Shown piece after piece: positions 13,792 through 24,645 of a DNA stretch of 64,000 nucleotides. The first letter of the stretch is position 1. Each line of letters starts with the position of its first letter. Made by a program: the position numbers and the translations under genes. Source of the DNA: Octopus bimaculoides (lineage: Eukaryota); contig NC_068985.1 in assembly GCF_001194135.2 (NCBI RefSeq), positions 78,392,666-78,456,665 on the forward strand. The letters run 5' to 3'. The notes below the pieces were generated by a model. It worked only from the letters and a program-made list of their open reading frames with translations. It was not told where the DNA came from and did no database searches.

Positions 13792-15216
13792 CGCACACAC
13801 ACACAGAGTCACCCACACAGTCCATCATAAGGAATGGAGTACCAATAACTATGAAAGGAATGAATTCTACTTCTTACAGAACTAAAACAAATGGGCCCAA
13901 TTAAATCGGTGCATATAGAAAGGAAAGATCCCCAGGCTACTTAACATAAGTAGATCTGCATTCGGTGATTGATGGCAACTGTTCATCACTTAACAGAAGT
14001 TAACAGGAGTTAACAGAAGTCAGAAGAACACATGCAATGAACCCAAAGAATATTTTCCTTGCCTTAAGAGAAACACCATGGCTGCGGCGGTGGTGGCAGC
14101 AATTAATTACTTAATCTGTATATTTAAAACGTGACCAGCTCATTTTCTCATATATCAGAAACTAAGCTGCATTGTCTAGTATACCCAGCATTATTCAAAC
14201 CGGTAGAGTTTTATTTGAGCTAACTTTATTATGTAAAAAATGTTAATTTCCTTACTTACACGAGATTCATAAGAAGTGAGTGGTGAAGAATATTTGTGAG
14301 GTGTTGTATCTTCTGGAGTCGGAAATAACCTGCAATAGTAACAACACAAAGGAATTGTGGCTGTGTCAGAAGCATTGTTCTTTGTTGCAATACTTTCTGA
14401 ACAAAGATCTGATCACTTTAGAAATTGAATACAACACATCATATTCCCTAATCTCAATAATACTAAAACTCTAGAGATGTTTGTGTGTACCCGAAATATT
14501 TCAGAAATAGTATATTTTATCTTAATTTTATTTTGCATATTTATTTTCATACTTACCTTCAGCAGTGCAGTACAAATTTTTGTGATATTTGGACCTCTAT
14601 TTAAATGATTAAACACAATTTTTGTTTGTTATTTCTTGACGAAAAATAAAGCATGGCTTCCATGACGTCAACCACATACACACATACAGAATACACACAC
14701 ATATAATGAATGTCATGGCGTGTCAATCAACACAAATACACGTATGCTATCTGTAACATATACACACACATAGTCTTTATGCAATCTAAGAAAAAAAGTC
14801 GACTTTTTGACGTACACAATATTTTAATCATTCAGAAATATTTTTAACTGAATGTGATTTCATAATCCGGAGTTCGTTAATTTCCATAAAAAATTTTTAT
14901 TTATTTACTTTTGTTTTAAAGTGAAAGAGAAGAGAAAGTGAAAGAGAAGAGAAAGTGAAAGAGAAGAGAAAGTGAAAGAGAAGAGAAAGTGAAAGAGAAG
15001 AGAAAGTGAAAGAGAAGAGAAAGTGAAAGAGAAGAGAAAGTGAAAGATGTATGAGCGTGTATATGAAATGGACGTGTGTGTGTGTGAAAGAGAGAGAGAG
15101 GGGGGAGTAGAAGAGAGAGAAAAAGAGAGAGAGTGAGTGAAAGGGTGTGTTGTCATGTATACGTATATATATACGTACATACATCAATACATACTTGTAC
15201 ATCTTTTTGTATTTGT

Positions 15217-15280
<64 letters not shown>

Positions 15281-18200
15281 AAGAGAGAANNNNNNNNNNN
15301 NNNNNNNNNNNNNNNNNNNNNNNNNNNNNNNNNNNNNNNNNNNNNNNNNNNNNNNNNNNNNNNNNNNNNNNNNNNNNNNNNNNNNNNNNNNNNNNNNNNN
15401 NNNNNNNNNNNNNNNNNNNNNNNNNNNNNNNNNNNNNNNNNNNNNNNNNNNNNNNNNNNNNNNNNNNNNNNNNNNNNNNNNNNNNNNNNNNNNNNNNNNN
15501 NNNNNNNNNNNNNNNNNNNNNNNNNNNNNNNNNNNNNNNNNNNNNNNNNNNNNNNNNNNNNNNNNNNNNNNNNNNNNNNNNNNNNNNNNNNNNNNNNNNN
15601 NNNNNNNNNNNNNNNNNNNNNNNNNNNNNNNNNNNNNNNNNNNNNNNNNNNNNNNNNNNNNNNNNNNNNNNNNNNCGAGGAGGTTTTTCCCTCTTTCTCA
15701 AAGGTTGTCATTACTTTCGAGACACTACTTCTTGATACACCAAACATTTCGGCTGTTTTCGTTATGCAAGAGCCTGCCATACGAGCACCAACAATTTGAC
15801 CTCTTTGAAAGTCCGATAGATCTGTCATTTTAAAGAATTTTAATTACTTTTTTCTGTCGGTATCTGAAAAGAAACAGCAATTTTAGCAAAACATATTAAG
15901 TAACACTAATAATAAATAAATAAGAAACATGAAAATAAACAAGCTTTTGACTGTTATATAGATATTTCAAAATTATGATGCTAGGCGTTTCCATTATTTT
16001 GTCCAACCCCTGTATAGGATAGTTGTGGCATAAACTGGTGCACCAAACGATTAAACAACTGTGGACCAAGAGCGACAAAGCCATCACAATACAACATTCT
16101 GATGACAAACTGGACCTAAAACACGCTGCAGAAATCCTATGACGATTTCGTGACAAGACGCCTTTAAATAACCTTGTCTGCACTGAGGATATGCTTTAGG
16201 CAGGATCAGATTAACCCAAGACCTGACCCATTACTGAAGCTTTCCAGTGGCCCCATCATCTGGTATCTTTGTTTCCCATGTGGATAACTCTCAGGCAGTC
16301 AAGCGGTGTGATTGAGTAATATCTGGCCACTATGTTATCATCATAAGCAATCCGTGTAGCTTTTACCGTACCCTTGTTTTGACCTTTCATTAATTCATCA
16401 CCTACACGCTCAGCCTATATAATCACATCTACGCCGATGGTTTTCGCTAAGTGCCTCCTTTGTAAGAATGGTGTTTTACAAAAGCCTCTTCCCCATGTTT
16501 TGGAAAAAAAAATGCTAATTATTCTAACCGAACAAAACCTAATTTAGTGTATTAATTATATTTTCTTATAGCATCTCATCCAGAATGTACCATTTTTTTT
16601 TCTTAGGTATTTGAGTGGTCTAGTAACCCCTATATTACATTTTTATGTTACAGAATAAAGCGATAACTTATATAACAAAATTATATTGGACCTGGACGAA
16701 ACATCAATGAAACTTCTATATACTGATAACACGATGTTCTAAGCATATTTTAATTCTAACAAAAAATTTTTTGGAAAGTATTGTACCTGGTTCCAATATT
16801 TTATTTCTAAGATAAATCATGTCCCCACTAAAAATTTAGCATCCCTCATAGCACCTTCTTGATATTTGCCACTCTCTAATAGAACCACAACACTCTCAAG
16901 AGTGCGCTACCGTCCAAGTAAAAATCCGTTGATCTACTCTATGTTTATTGAGATAATAGCTATTGGTACGAAGGTGATGAGTGTGCAGAACCATTAGCAC
17001 GTTGAGAAAAATGCTTTGCGGCATTTCGTCCATCTTTACGTTCTGAGTTCAAATTCCACCGGAGTCAACTTCACCTTTCACCCTTTCCTGAGCGATAAAA
17101 TAATTACCCGTTGAGCACTAAGGTGGATGTAATTGACTTACCTCCTCCCCGAAATTCCTGGCTTTGTGCCAAAATGTGAAACCAATATCTACCGGTATGT
17201 TATGTTCCGAAGGCACGTGGCGGCCTAATGAGTTGGATCCACAATCACAAAGTTTTTGTTTCGATTTCTAGTCTGAATGGGACACAATACTCTTTGAGTA
17301 AGACGTTTCATTTCATGTTGCTTCAATCCACTCAGCTGAAAACGAGTACCAGTGAAGTACTGGTGCAGCCCTCTCTCTCACTAGCTGCGAGGAAGGTCGA
17401 AAGAGTATCATTGTCTACTCGCAACCAGACAGGCACCTAAAACAATAAACAAAAGCATGGTACATGCTACCAAGTCACACTCCGTTGCGAATGACAGCTT
17501 TGGTGATTTGCACTATGTTCGTAAAGAGGAAGTCGTGAGGAACTTTTGTCATTAGTTTCAGTGGGTTCTATTCTTTCACGTCTGAACACGGTGTCTCTTC
17601 ATTCGACGTCCAATCACTGTGTCCATCTATCCAGTCAACATCTGCAGGCCACATCTATTCAGTCAATATATTTGTCTGGTACATCAATCTATTCGCATAA
17701 ATTCCCATTGAATAAATGGGAAAAGAATTATATTCAGGTTCAGGGCCGGATTAAGACCCATAGAGGGCCCTAAACACTTAAAAGATTTTGGTGCCCTCAA
17801 GTATATGTAAATGGTTCAAAATGTAAACAAAAATAATTCAAAGTGTAAACGATAATAAACCATTTAAATTAATTTTTATTTTTCAAAATGAAGCAAAATT
17901 CACAGTAAAATGGAAAATAATGTTTATTTTTGTATGCTTCTATTTTATTTATATTTGAAAAGTTTTCTCCGTTTTTCCTTTAATTGCGAAGTGTTCGATG
18001 ATATCGTTTAAATTAATTTTACATAAAATTTCTGCTTCTATACTTAGTATTACGAATATTATTTTAGCAAGTTCAAAGTGACTTTTTTCATGCCGTAAAC
18101 CATTTTCATTTCTATGGTGTCCTCCCCATCCCTTGATGCCCTAAGTACGTGCTTATTTTGCTTAATTGGTTAATCCAGCGCTGTTCAGGTTACACTGCGG

Positions 18201-18566
18201 CACACCTAGCATCATCTCGTGGCACACCAGTTGCAGAGCACTGACATATTTAAAACGTACGCACTAATCAGCATTTCCCTGATATAAAATACAATCAAAA
18301 CGTAATCAAGCTCTTACCATTCAACATAACCTGTTTTCTTCTCCAGATACTCATAATTCTGAGACCAATGACGTAGAATATTTTCAATGAAATCACCTAA
18401 AAAATAAATAATTAAATGTATAAAGTTGGTGTAATGCCCAAAATCTGAGTGTATATTCTTGCACTACGATTTGGAAATCTTTTAAACAAAAATTGCTGCG
18501 AAGCATCTGTATATACTTGCAAACATTAACAACAGACATGTAATGGAACCATGCATACTATCAAAC

Positions 18567-18628
<62 letters not shown>

Positions 18629-20141
18629 TCTCTCCCTCTCTTTCTCGCTTTCAGACACACACATACACACACATGCACTGACATATAATCATATTTGCAA
18701 ATAGATACACTTATACGTTCACAGACTTACTAATACATCTAGGACGGTACCTGTTGCAGTATATACAAACATCCTAGAATAGTGCTTCTCAAACTATCTG
18801 ATGTGACGTACCGGCAGTTTTCTTTTTTTCCTATGTGCCAGGGACCGGTAATATTTCTTAGTAATAATAATTTATACCGGAAACAATATATATAATGAAT
18901 ATAATAAAAGTTGACAAATGTTTTTTAGCTTATATTTATTTTGTAAACAAATAATACAATAATACAATAAACAAATAATGTAGGAGTGGCTGTTTGGTAA
19001 GTAGCTTGCTTACGAACCACATAGTTCCGGGTTCAGTCCCACTGCGTGACACCTTGGGCAAGGGCTGACCAAAGCCTTGTGAGTGGATTTGGTAGATGGA
19101 AACTGAAAGAAACCTGTCGTATATACATATATATGTGTATATGTGTGTCTATATGTTTGTGTGTCTGTGTTTGTCTCCCCAACATCGCTTGACAACCGAG
19201 GCTGGTGTGTTTACATCCCCATAACTTAGCGGTTCGGCAAAAACGAACGATGGAATAAGTACTAGGCTTACAAAGAATACGTCCTGGGGTCGATTTGCTC
19301 GACTAAAGGCGATGCTCCAGCATGGCTACAGTCAAATGACTGAAACAAGTAAAAGGGTATTACGTAAATATTTTATGATGTCTATTTTTTTTCTTTTCTG
19401 GAAGCTCGCCGCGTACTGGTAGCTGATGACTCGCGGACCGGCACCGGTCCGCGGACCACCACTTTGAGTAGCACTGTCCTAGAAGACATCTAGAAAAGAG
19501 CCACCCGATTGATTTAGTCCGTCAAAAGCATACTCTAGCTTCTTGTTCGCAGGTACTTGTGGTTCCCTTCTCTCTCCCTCTCTCCCCCTCTCTCTCTCTC
19601 TCTCTCACTCTTTCTCTCACTCGCTCTTTTTCTCTCACTCTCTGTTTTTCTCTCTCCATCTACCTTTTCTACTGTAACTACAATGGCATCTGCTAATCGG
19701 AGCTGGTTAGACTCATGGTGTCTCTACTCAGAAATTCCTGATTCTCTCGAAAAATCATCTTTGTTGTATTCACTCCTCACCACACCTTTGGGATATGTGT
19801 TTGTGTGTGTGTGTGTGTGTGTGTGAACGTGCACGCGTGTGTGACTTAGTGTTTCTGCTTGTTCATTGGTTAGTTGTTCATATTTATTGATTGGGTTGTG
19901 TTTTCTGGCTTCTTCATTGATTGTTTGTGCTATTTTGTGATATGGTGTTGCGACTGTAGATAGGATGATGTGATATTAATTTATTTAGAATTTGTGGATG
20001 AGTTCGTACTGGGTTATTCTTTGTTTCAATTTCTCTTCTTGTGAATATGCGCGCGCGAGTGTGTAAGATTTTAGATAAATACTTTTAAAGAAAGTTTGTT
20101 TATTAATGAGTTATTTGAAACAAAATAATTAAGGGCATATT

Positions 20142-20177
<36 letters not shown>

Positions 20178-20790
20178 NNNNNNNNNNNNNNNNNNNNNNN
20201 NNNNNNNNNNNNNNNNNNNNNNNNNNNNNNNNNNNNNNNNNNNNNNNNNNNNNNNNNNNNNNNNNNNNNNNNNNNNNNNNNNNNNNNNNNNNNNNNNNNN
20301 NNNNNNNNNNNNNNNNNNNNNNNNNNNNNNNNNNNNNNNNNNNNNNNNNNNNNNNNNNNNNNNNNNNNNNNNNNNNNNNNNNNNNNNNNNNNNNNNNNNN
20401 NNNNNNNNNNNNNNNNNNNNNNNNNNNNNNNNNNNNNNNNNNNNNNNNNNNNGTGGCAGTTGCAACTAACTCCGAAAGAGAAAGGGAGATAATCTCAGAA
20501 ATCAAGAATTTTTCGAAACTGACCTACCATGAAGGAAAAGACATTTTTTTTTTTATGGTCTTGGGTAATTCGTATAATGGAAATAAAAATCAGCTACGAG
20601 AAATAATTCAGTGTGGTTAGTAACTCCGTATAATTTTTGTTAGTGCAAACCACCACCAGTTTCCTGGGAATCTGTATTTACCGTTGGGTTCAGACTTGAT
20701 TCTATTTTGGTAAAAATCCAGATTCGGATGTGATACTTCGTTGAGAGCGTATAATATTTCATCGTCCTCTAGATTTGGCCCGCAATGCAT
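6181..20790 (-). CDS. OGFr (opioid growth factor receptor, OGFr_N) domain protein, OGFR/OGFRL1-like, paralogue 1; join of 5 coding exons, 188 aa from the ATG at 20790
   Basis: Manual splice gives MHCGPNLEDDEILYALNEVSHPNLDFYQNRIKSEPN-G-DFIENILRHWSQNYEYLEKKTGYVE-W-LFPTPEDTTPHKYSSPLTSYESR-MMQNDINIQKRYLRSFRMMLNFFGFQLTSSMQFILTPEVNQRFCHLQ-K-NPHNYEHFTRIMISLKCLGHSRLQKKWVQFITKLINIGFLADAKDHYSNSWLKI*. All four introns are GT-AG with matching phases (1,2,0,2). The motifs are colinear with remembered OGFR/OGFRL1 motifs NLRFY..PDG, YIQWLFP, YKMMLEFFG, HNYLRITRILKSL. Orthology is not established. Confidence 0.92.
6412..6732. mobile_element. Foldback MITE with about 125-bp inverted arms
   Basis: ttacagctgt..cattataggtt..gtttactcaattggtccattgatcag pairs with ctgatcaatagaccaatcgagtaaac..aacctataatg..acagctgtaa. 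Confidence 0.8.
6987..7156. mobile_element. mariner-type MITE inserted in (TA)n
   Basis: Termini gagggggtgctgaagagttcct / agaaacttttcagcacgcacctc. Confidence 0.7.
8175..8462 (+). mobile_element. RTE 3'UTR fragment
   Basis: ggcacataaaa..cacc repeats; ends gaaagcggacgttaaacgacgatga. Confidence 0.8.
8845..9205 (+). mobile_element. RTE 3'UTR fragment with three internal ~63-bp tandem units
   Basis: Repeated gccagtaccc..gactggc..ggtggcacataaaaagcacc; (gat)n tail. Confidence 0.8.
9643..9863 (+). mobile_element. piggyBac-type MITE (same family as 1829-2228)
   Basis: ccctttagc ... aaagggttaa. Confidence 0.7.
10269..10492 (-). mobile_element. piggyBac-type MITE, inverted copy
   Basis: Reverse complement of the 9643-9863 family. 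Confidence 0.65.
11540..11682 (-). CDS. OGFr-like gene 1, 143-nt exon (MMQND...RMMLNFFGFQL...QRFCHLQ-K)
   Basis: Acceptor ttttttttcag|, donor AA|GTATGT; contains the MMLxFFG motif. Confidence 0.93.
12105..12440 (+). mobile_element. tRNA-derived SINE (family S4); partial copy at about 26650-26890
   Basis: A-box tggctcagtggttag, B-box-like gagtttgaatcc; body shared with 26650-26890. Confidence 0.8.
14260..14329 (-). CDS. OGFr-like gene 1, 70-nt exon (W-LFPTPEDTTPHKYSSPLTSYESR)
   Basis: Acceptor ttactattgcag|, donor CGT|GTAAGT; completes the WLFP motif; phase 2 in, phase 0 out. Confidence 0.92.
14918..15046. repeat. 17-bp minisatellite (aaagtgaaagagaagag) x7.6
   Basis: Perfect tandem units read directly. 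Confidence 0.95.
15676..16012 (-). mobile_element. Tc1-family transposon 5' end (TIR plus N-terminal HTH), cut by a gap
   Basis: MTDLSDFQRGQIVGARMAGSCITKTAEMFGVSRSSVSKVM; TA|caggggttggacaaaataatggaaac. Confidence 0.88.
16970..17190 (+). mobile_element. tRNA-derived SINE family S2 (aaggcggcgagctggcagaatcgttagc...). Other copies at about 22865-22990, 25700-25790, 27480-27815, 36400-36810 (x2), 44750-45135 (x2), 50325-50535, 52385-53475 (interrupted), 56975-57150, 57525-57650, 62165-62355
   Basis: Shared body ttctgagttcaaattcc..gaggtcgactttgcctttcatcc..gataaaataagtaccag; boundaries approximate. Confidence 0.85.
17741..18183. mobile_element. hAT MITE with a perfect 8-bp TSD TTCAGGTT
   Basis: TIR cagggccggattaa / ttaatccagcgctg; TSD at 17733-17740 and 18184-18191. 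Confidence 0.88.
18318..18396 (-). CDS. OGFr-like gene 1, 79-nt exon (G-DFIENILRHWSQNYEYLEKKTGYVE-W)
   Basis: Acceptor ttatttttag|, donor TG|GTAAGA; phase 1 in, phase 2 out; absent from the ORF track because it is short. Confidence 0.92.
18780..19476. mobile_element. hAT (Charlie-like) MITE with 8-bp TSD TCCTAGAA, containing a nested S1 SINE (about 18980-19350)
   Basis: TIR tagtgcttctcaaa / tttgagtagcactg; TSD at 18772-18779 and 19477-19484. Confidence 0.85.
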
Positions 20791-20799
20791 TATCACAGG
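20682..20799 (-). CDS. OGFr-like gene 1, exon with ATG at 20790 (PVI-MHCGPNLEDDEILYALNEVSHPNLDFYQNRIKSEPN)
   Basis: Pyrimidine-rich acceptor ctctctgtctcacag| at 20800; donor AACG|GTAAAT at 20681; PNLDFYQNRIKSEPNG resembles OGFR NLRFYxNxIxFxPxG. Confidence 0.9.
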
Positions 20800-21329
20800 C
20801 TGTGAGACAGAGAGAAAGAGATAGAAAAAAATGTGAAATAAAGAAATAAAGCATAACTGGCTTGATAACAATATTTTTGGATTTTAAATAAGAAGTACAA
20901 TTTGAGAGAATGTTAATATATGTGGCAATGGATATTTGCCTGACAGTAAACTTTTATTTGAAGAGATGAGTGACAGGTTCCTTCAGTAGGCGAGCAACTT
21001 ATTAAAAAGGTTCTCATACCAGATTTGGTCAATACAAGATCCATCTTTTTTGCGGAATAGAATGTTGTGCTGATAAACATCATGTTTAAGAGACATAAGA
21101 CTTGTCAGTCCACCTCATGGTCCCAGCGGGCAAAATGGAAAAGGCTTTAGTCCCGGAAGATTGTGAGAGAGACCCGCTGGAACAGCCACTCTGACTCACG
21201 GGGCTCGACTTGCGGAAAGTCATCTCTTCCCTGATAGCAGTATACAGGTATGTAGTCTGAGGGCCAAGAACGCCGGAGGTCTCCTTTCTGACGGAAAGAA
21301 AACCTTTGTTTTGTCTAATCTTCGATATT

Positions 21330-21620
21330 ATTTTTTGCCCCTCATGTTAAGGAATATCCCTTGACGTTACACCTCTAACCAGGAGGTCTTGCAATAAGTA
21401 AACAATGCCTAATGTTGAGTCTCCCCTACTGAAATCACAATTGTATTGGGTGGAACATGTGACACCTACGGGAGAAAATAAAACCTCCACGACTATACAA
21501 CGAACTAAAATTTGGAAGCTATCGAAGAAAGCATGCGAAATTCCGTTATAAGGATGTCATCAAATGCTGAAATAGGTGGCCCGATAGCGAAATCTTTTTT
21601 GCCACGAGAGTTCCGGATGC
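21330..21620 (+). mobile_element. Degenerate RTE ORF2 3' fragment
   Basis: ...LYNELKFGSYRRKHAKFRYKDVIK resembles the RTE C-terminal LYGEL..GKR..GRP..RYKD motif. Confidence 0.55.
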
Positions 21621-22276
21621 CAGTAATGAACTCATTTGCATACAGTCAATCAAAGCTCACCTTGAAAATCCACATACTGTGTACTGCTACAGTACAGCCA
21701 GTCAGGAATAGAATGGTGTACACTACTCTGTGAGTACAGCTTAGCAAGTCTTACATAAACACCACATTCCCCTCTACACAATCCTCATAGATCAATTGAG
21801 CACCATCTCTATATAGAGCTAACATTATGTACCTATGCTCAGACTGAGATTAGTGATACTGCATGTACCCATTGATATATGCAAGGAGAGCGCAATACGA
21901 CACAACGCCATATTGACTACGATGTTTCCAGACCAACATAATCATTTAAAATTAGGAATGTACAAAATCAGTTTAAAAATTAGGAAACTACCCTCATATA
22001 CATTTTCTAGTAAATTACGCAAATTGGCAACACTTATGGTATCATCGGTGAACAGCTCTCCATTCACTTTATACACTAAATTTCACATTTGTCACCCCTA
22101 TTAACCCGTTTATAACAGTTAGATTTTGCTATAACGCACATTTTCCGCATTTTCAACCAGAGTATTTTCGTAACTAGGTGGACACTACCCTATTTACATT
22201 TTACGGATATTTGTCCTTATCTTGGTGTCTTGGGGAAATTTTGAACCTGGGTTCTCATTCTTAAGGTATTTTTCGA

Positions 22277-22307
<31 letters not shown>

Positions 22308-22332
22308 GAGTGAGAGAGCAGTGCATGCCATC

Positions 22333-22383
<51 letters not shown>

Positions 22384-22449
22384 TCACTGCTTGGAATCGA
22401 ACTCGGAATCTTGGGGTTAATAGCCCGCGCTCTTAAGCACTACACCATA

Positions 22450-22860
22450 TGCCCGTGTTGTAATACAACACTTCGCAAATATCTCCTTCGAGTGAAACCA
22501 CCAATAGAAGAGAATAATACCAAAGACTGCGTGTACTCCATCCCATGCAGTTGTGGTGGGTTATACAAAGGCGAAACATGTCGCCCCCTCAAAATAAGGG
22601 TAGACGAACATCGCAAAGCTGCGACACGAGGAGATATTGATAAATCGGGTATAGCTGATCATGTATGGAAAAATGGAGACCACCTCGCCCTGTGAGATGA
22701 AGTTAAAATAATAGACAGAGAACAGCACTAGAAAATACGAAAAATGAAAGAAGCAGCACATATGCTAAAACACAACAACCTCCTAAGCAGACCGAGTGCA
22801 GATATGAACAGCATATGGGAACCAGTATTAAGGAAGGATAGAAGAATATTAGATTTATAA
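22450..22860 (+). mobile_element. Penelope-like element, GIY-YIG endonuclease fragment (pseudogenised)
   Basis: CVYSIPCSCGGLYKGETCRPLKIRVDEHRKA..KSGIADHVW..H; two in-frame stops, then KEAAHM. Confidence 0.88.
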
Positions 22861-22996
22861 GCCCTAAAATTCACTCCATAATTATAATAACTGGTACTTA
22901 TTTCATCGACCCCGAAAGAATGAAGGTTAAAGTCGACCTCGGCAGAATTTGAACACATAAAGACAGACGAAATACCGCTAAGTATTTTATGCCTGC

Positions 22997-23098
<102 letters not shown>

Positions 23099-23436
23099 GT
23101 ATGTATGTATATGAATAAGAAAGTGTGTAAGAGATGTCATGTACAAGCGAGCTTGACTTGGTAGCATGCGCCATGCTAGTGCTAACTATTTCAGGGACTC
23201 GTGACTTGCAAGCACACAACGACACAGATGCGTTTGGCCCAGTGGAACATTCAGAATGCCACAGCTGGAAGATGAGCAGTTTCCCCAGCTCCGGTACAGG
23301 GACTTTTTATCGACGCTGGAAGAATGAAAAGTTAAGTTGACTGAGGTGTGATTTGAAGTCGAAGTGCGGGTAGCTAGAATAAATATCGCAACTGACTGCA
23401 TTATGTATATACGTATGTATTTACGTATACATATAT

Positions 23437-23569
<133 letters not shown>

Positions 23570-23829
23570 GTATGTATGTATGTATATGTTGCCTAATATT
23601 GTATTTTCTTCACTGCATAATTATTTCTAGTACAAGTACAACATCGATTTCCAGGAACCTTTGGTTCCAAAGCCATTCCGGATTACTGATTTTTTTCGAA
23701 CCAACGCTGGTCACACTCTAAATTAAGCAAATACTAATTTTACTGAAATACTGTGTTGAATCAAAAGTTTTGCAATATTTTGGTATCTTATTTGCTTTAT
23801 TCGCCAAGTCACAATAAAATCAGCCTAGC

Positions 23830-24645
23830 ATTCAAAGTGCTGCAAAGTCTGAAGCCATTTTCTGCCAATTCTTTGGCCCCAACGTTGATACTAGTTCTTG
23901 TCTTAAAGGAGAAGACCTTTTTCACAGTAGCTTCCACTTGCTCATGGTTGATGAAGCGTCACGTGTGTAAGAAGTGGGCCATGGATCGGAACAATTAATA
24001 ATCTAAGGGAGCTAGGTCCGGACTATATGCTGGGTGTGGCATCAGTTCGATTCCCTCAAGTTCCTGGGGTTTATTGTGAGTCATTCGGGCCGTATGAGGT
24101 CTTGCGTTGTCTTGCTGCAGAAGAGTTCAACTTTAGTTAAACAATGCTGGGTATTTTTGCCACACGATAGCATACATCTGTGAGATGCCAAGCTCACCTG
24201 ATACTCTCCGAGCGCTACCCTTCGGATTTGCTACTTTGGCTTGGAGCACGACTTCGAAATCCACGATTTTAGACCTATCTTATATTGCCTGATCATCGAG
24301 GCTCTTGCAACCCAGTCGAAATTTCTTGAATTATATGGTTATTGTACTGTGATCAACTGCGCCTTCACCTCTCGTTGAACAAATGTTTTTGGTTACTTCT
24401 GCGGCGTTATGACCCAGTCTGAACTCGTAAAGTATAAGTTTCCTAATTTGACTACGTTGCATGTTCATCAGGGCGGCTTTCAAATCACATGCAGAGTGAA
24501 ACAATGCACGTGTCAGCGCACCAACTACCACGATACTACCAACCTCAGTGGCTACTTTCCACGGCTTTAATTACTTCGGTCACATGATATACATACCGCA
24601 AACTAGAACGTATGCAAATATTGCAAAACCTTTGACTCGCCCCAT
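23830..24645 (-). mobile_element. mariner transposon remnant
   Basis: IRKLILYEFRLGHNAAEVTKNICSTRGEGAV (HTH) and PHPAYSPDLAPLDY motif; TIR-like gggcgagtcaaaggttttgcaa. Confidence 0.88.

Noticed and set aside
14557-14600. Exon-like segment with a strong donor AAG|GTAAGT inside an OGFr intron
   Set aside because: Phase is incompatible with the flanking exons (it would create TGA) and there is no OGFr similarity; the true exon is 14329-14260.
6181-20790. Horizontal transfer origin for the compact OGFr protein (it resembles short microbial homologues in length)
   Set aside because: Four spliceosomal introns at positions that, from memory, match the vertebrate OGFR layout (after PxG, within W of WLFP, before HN); vertical inheritance is more likely. 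Worth confirming by intron-position alignment.
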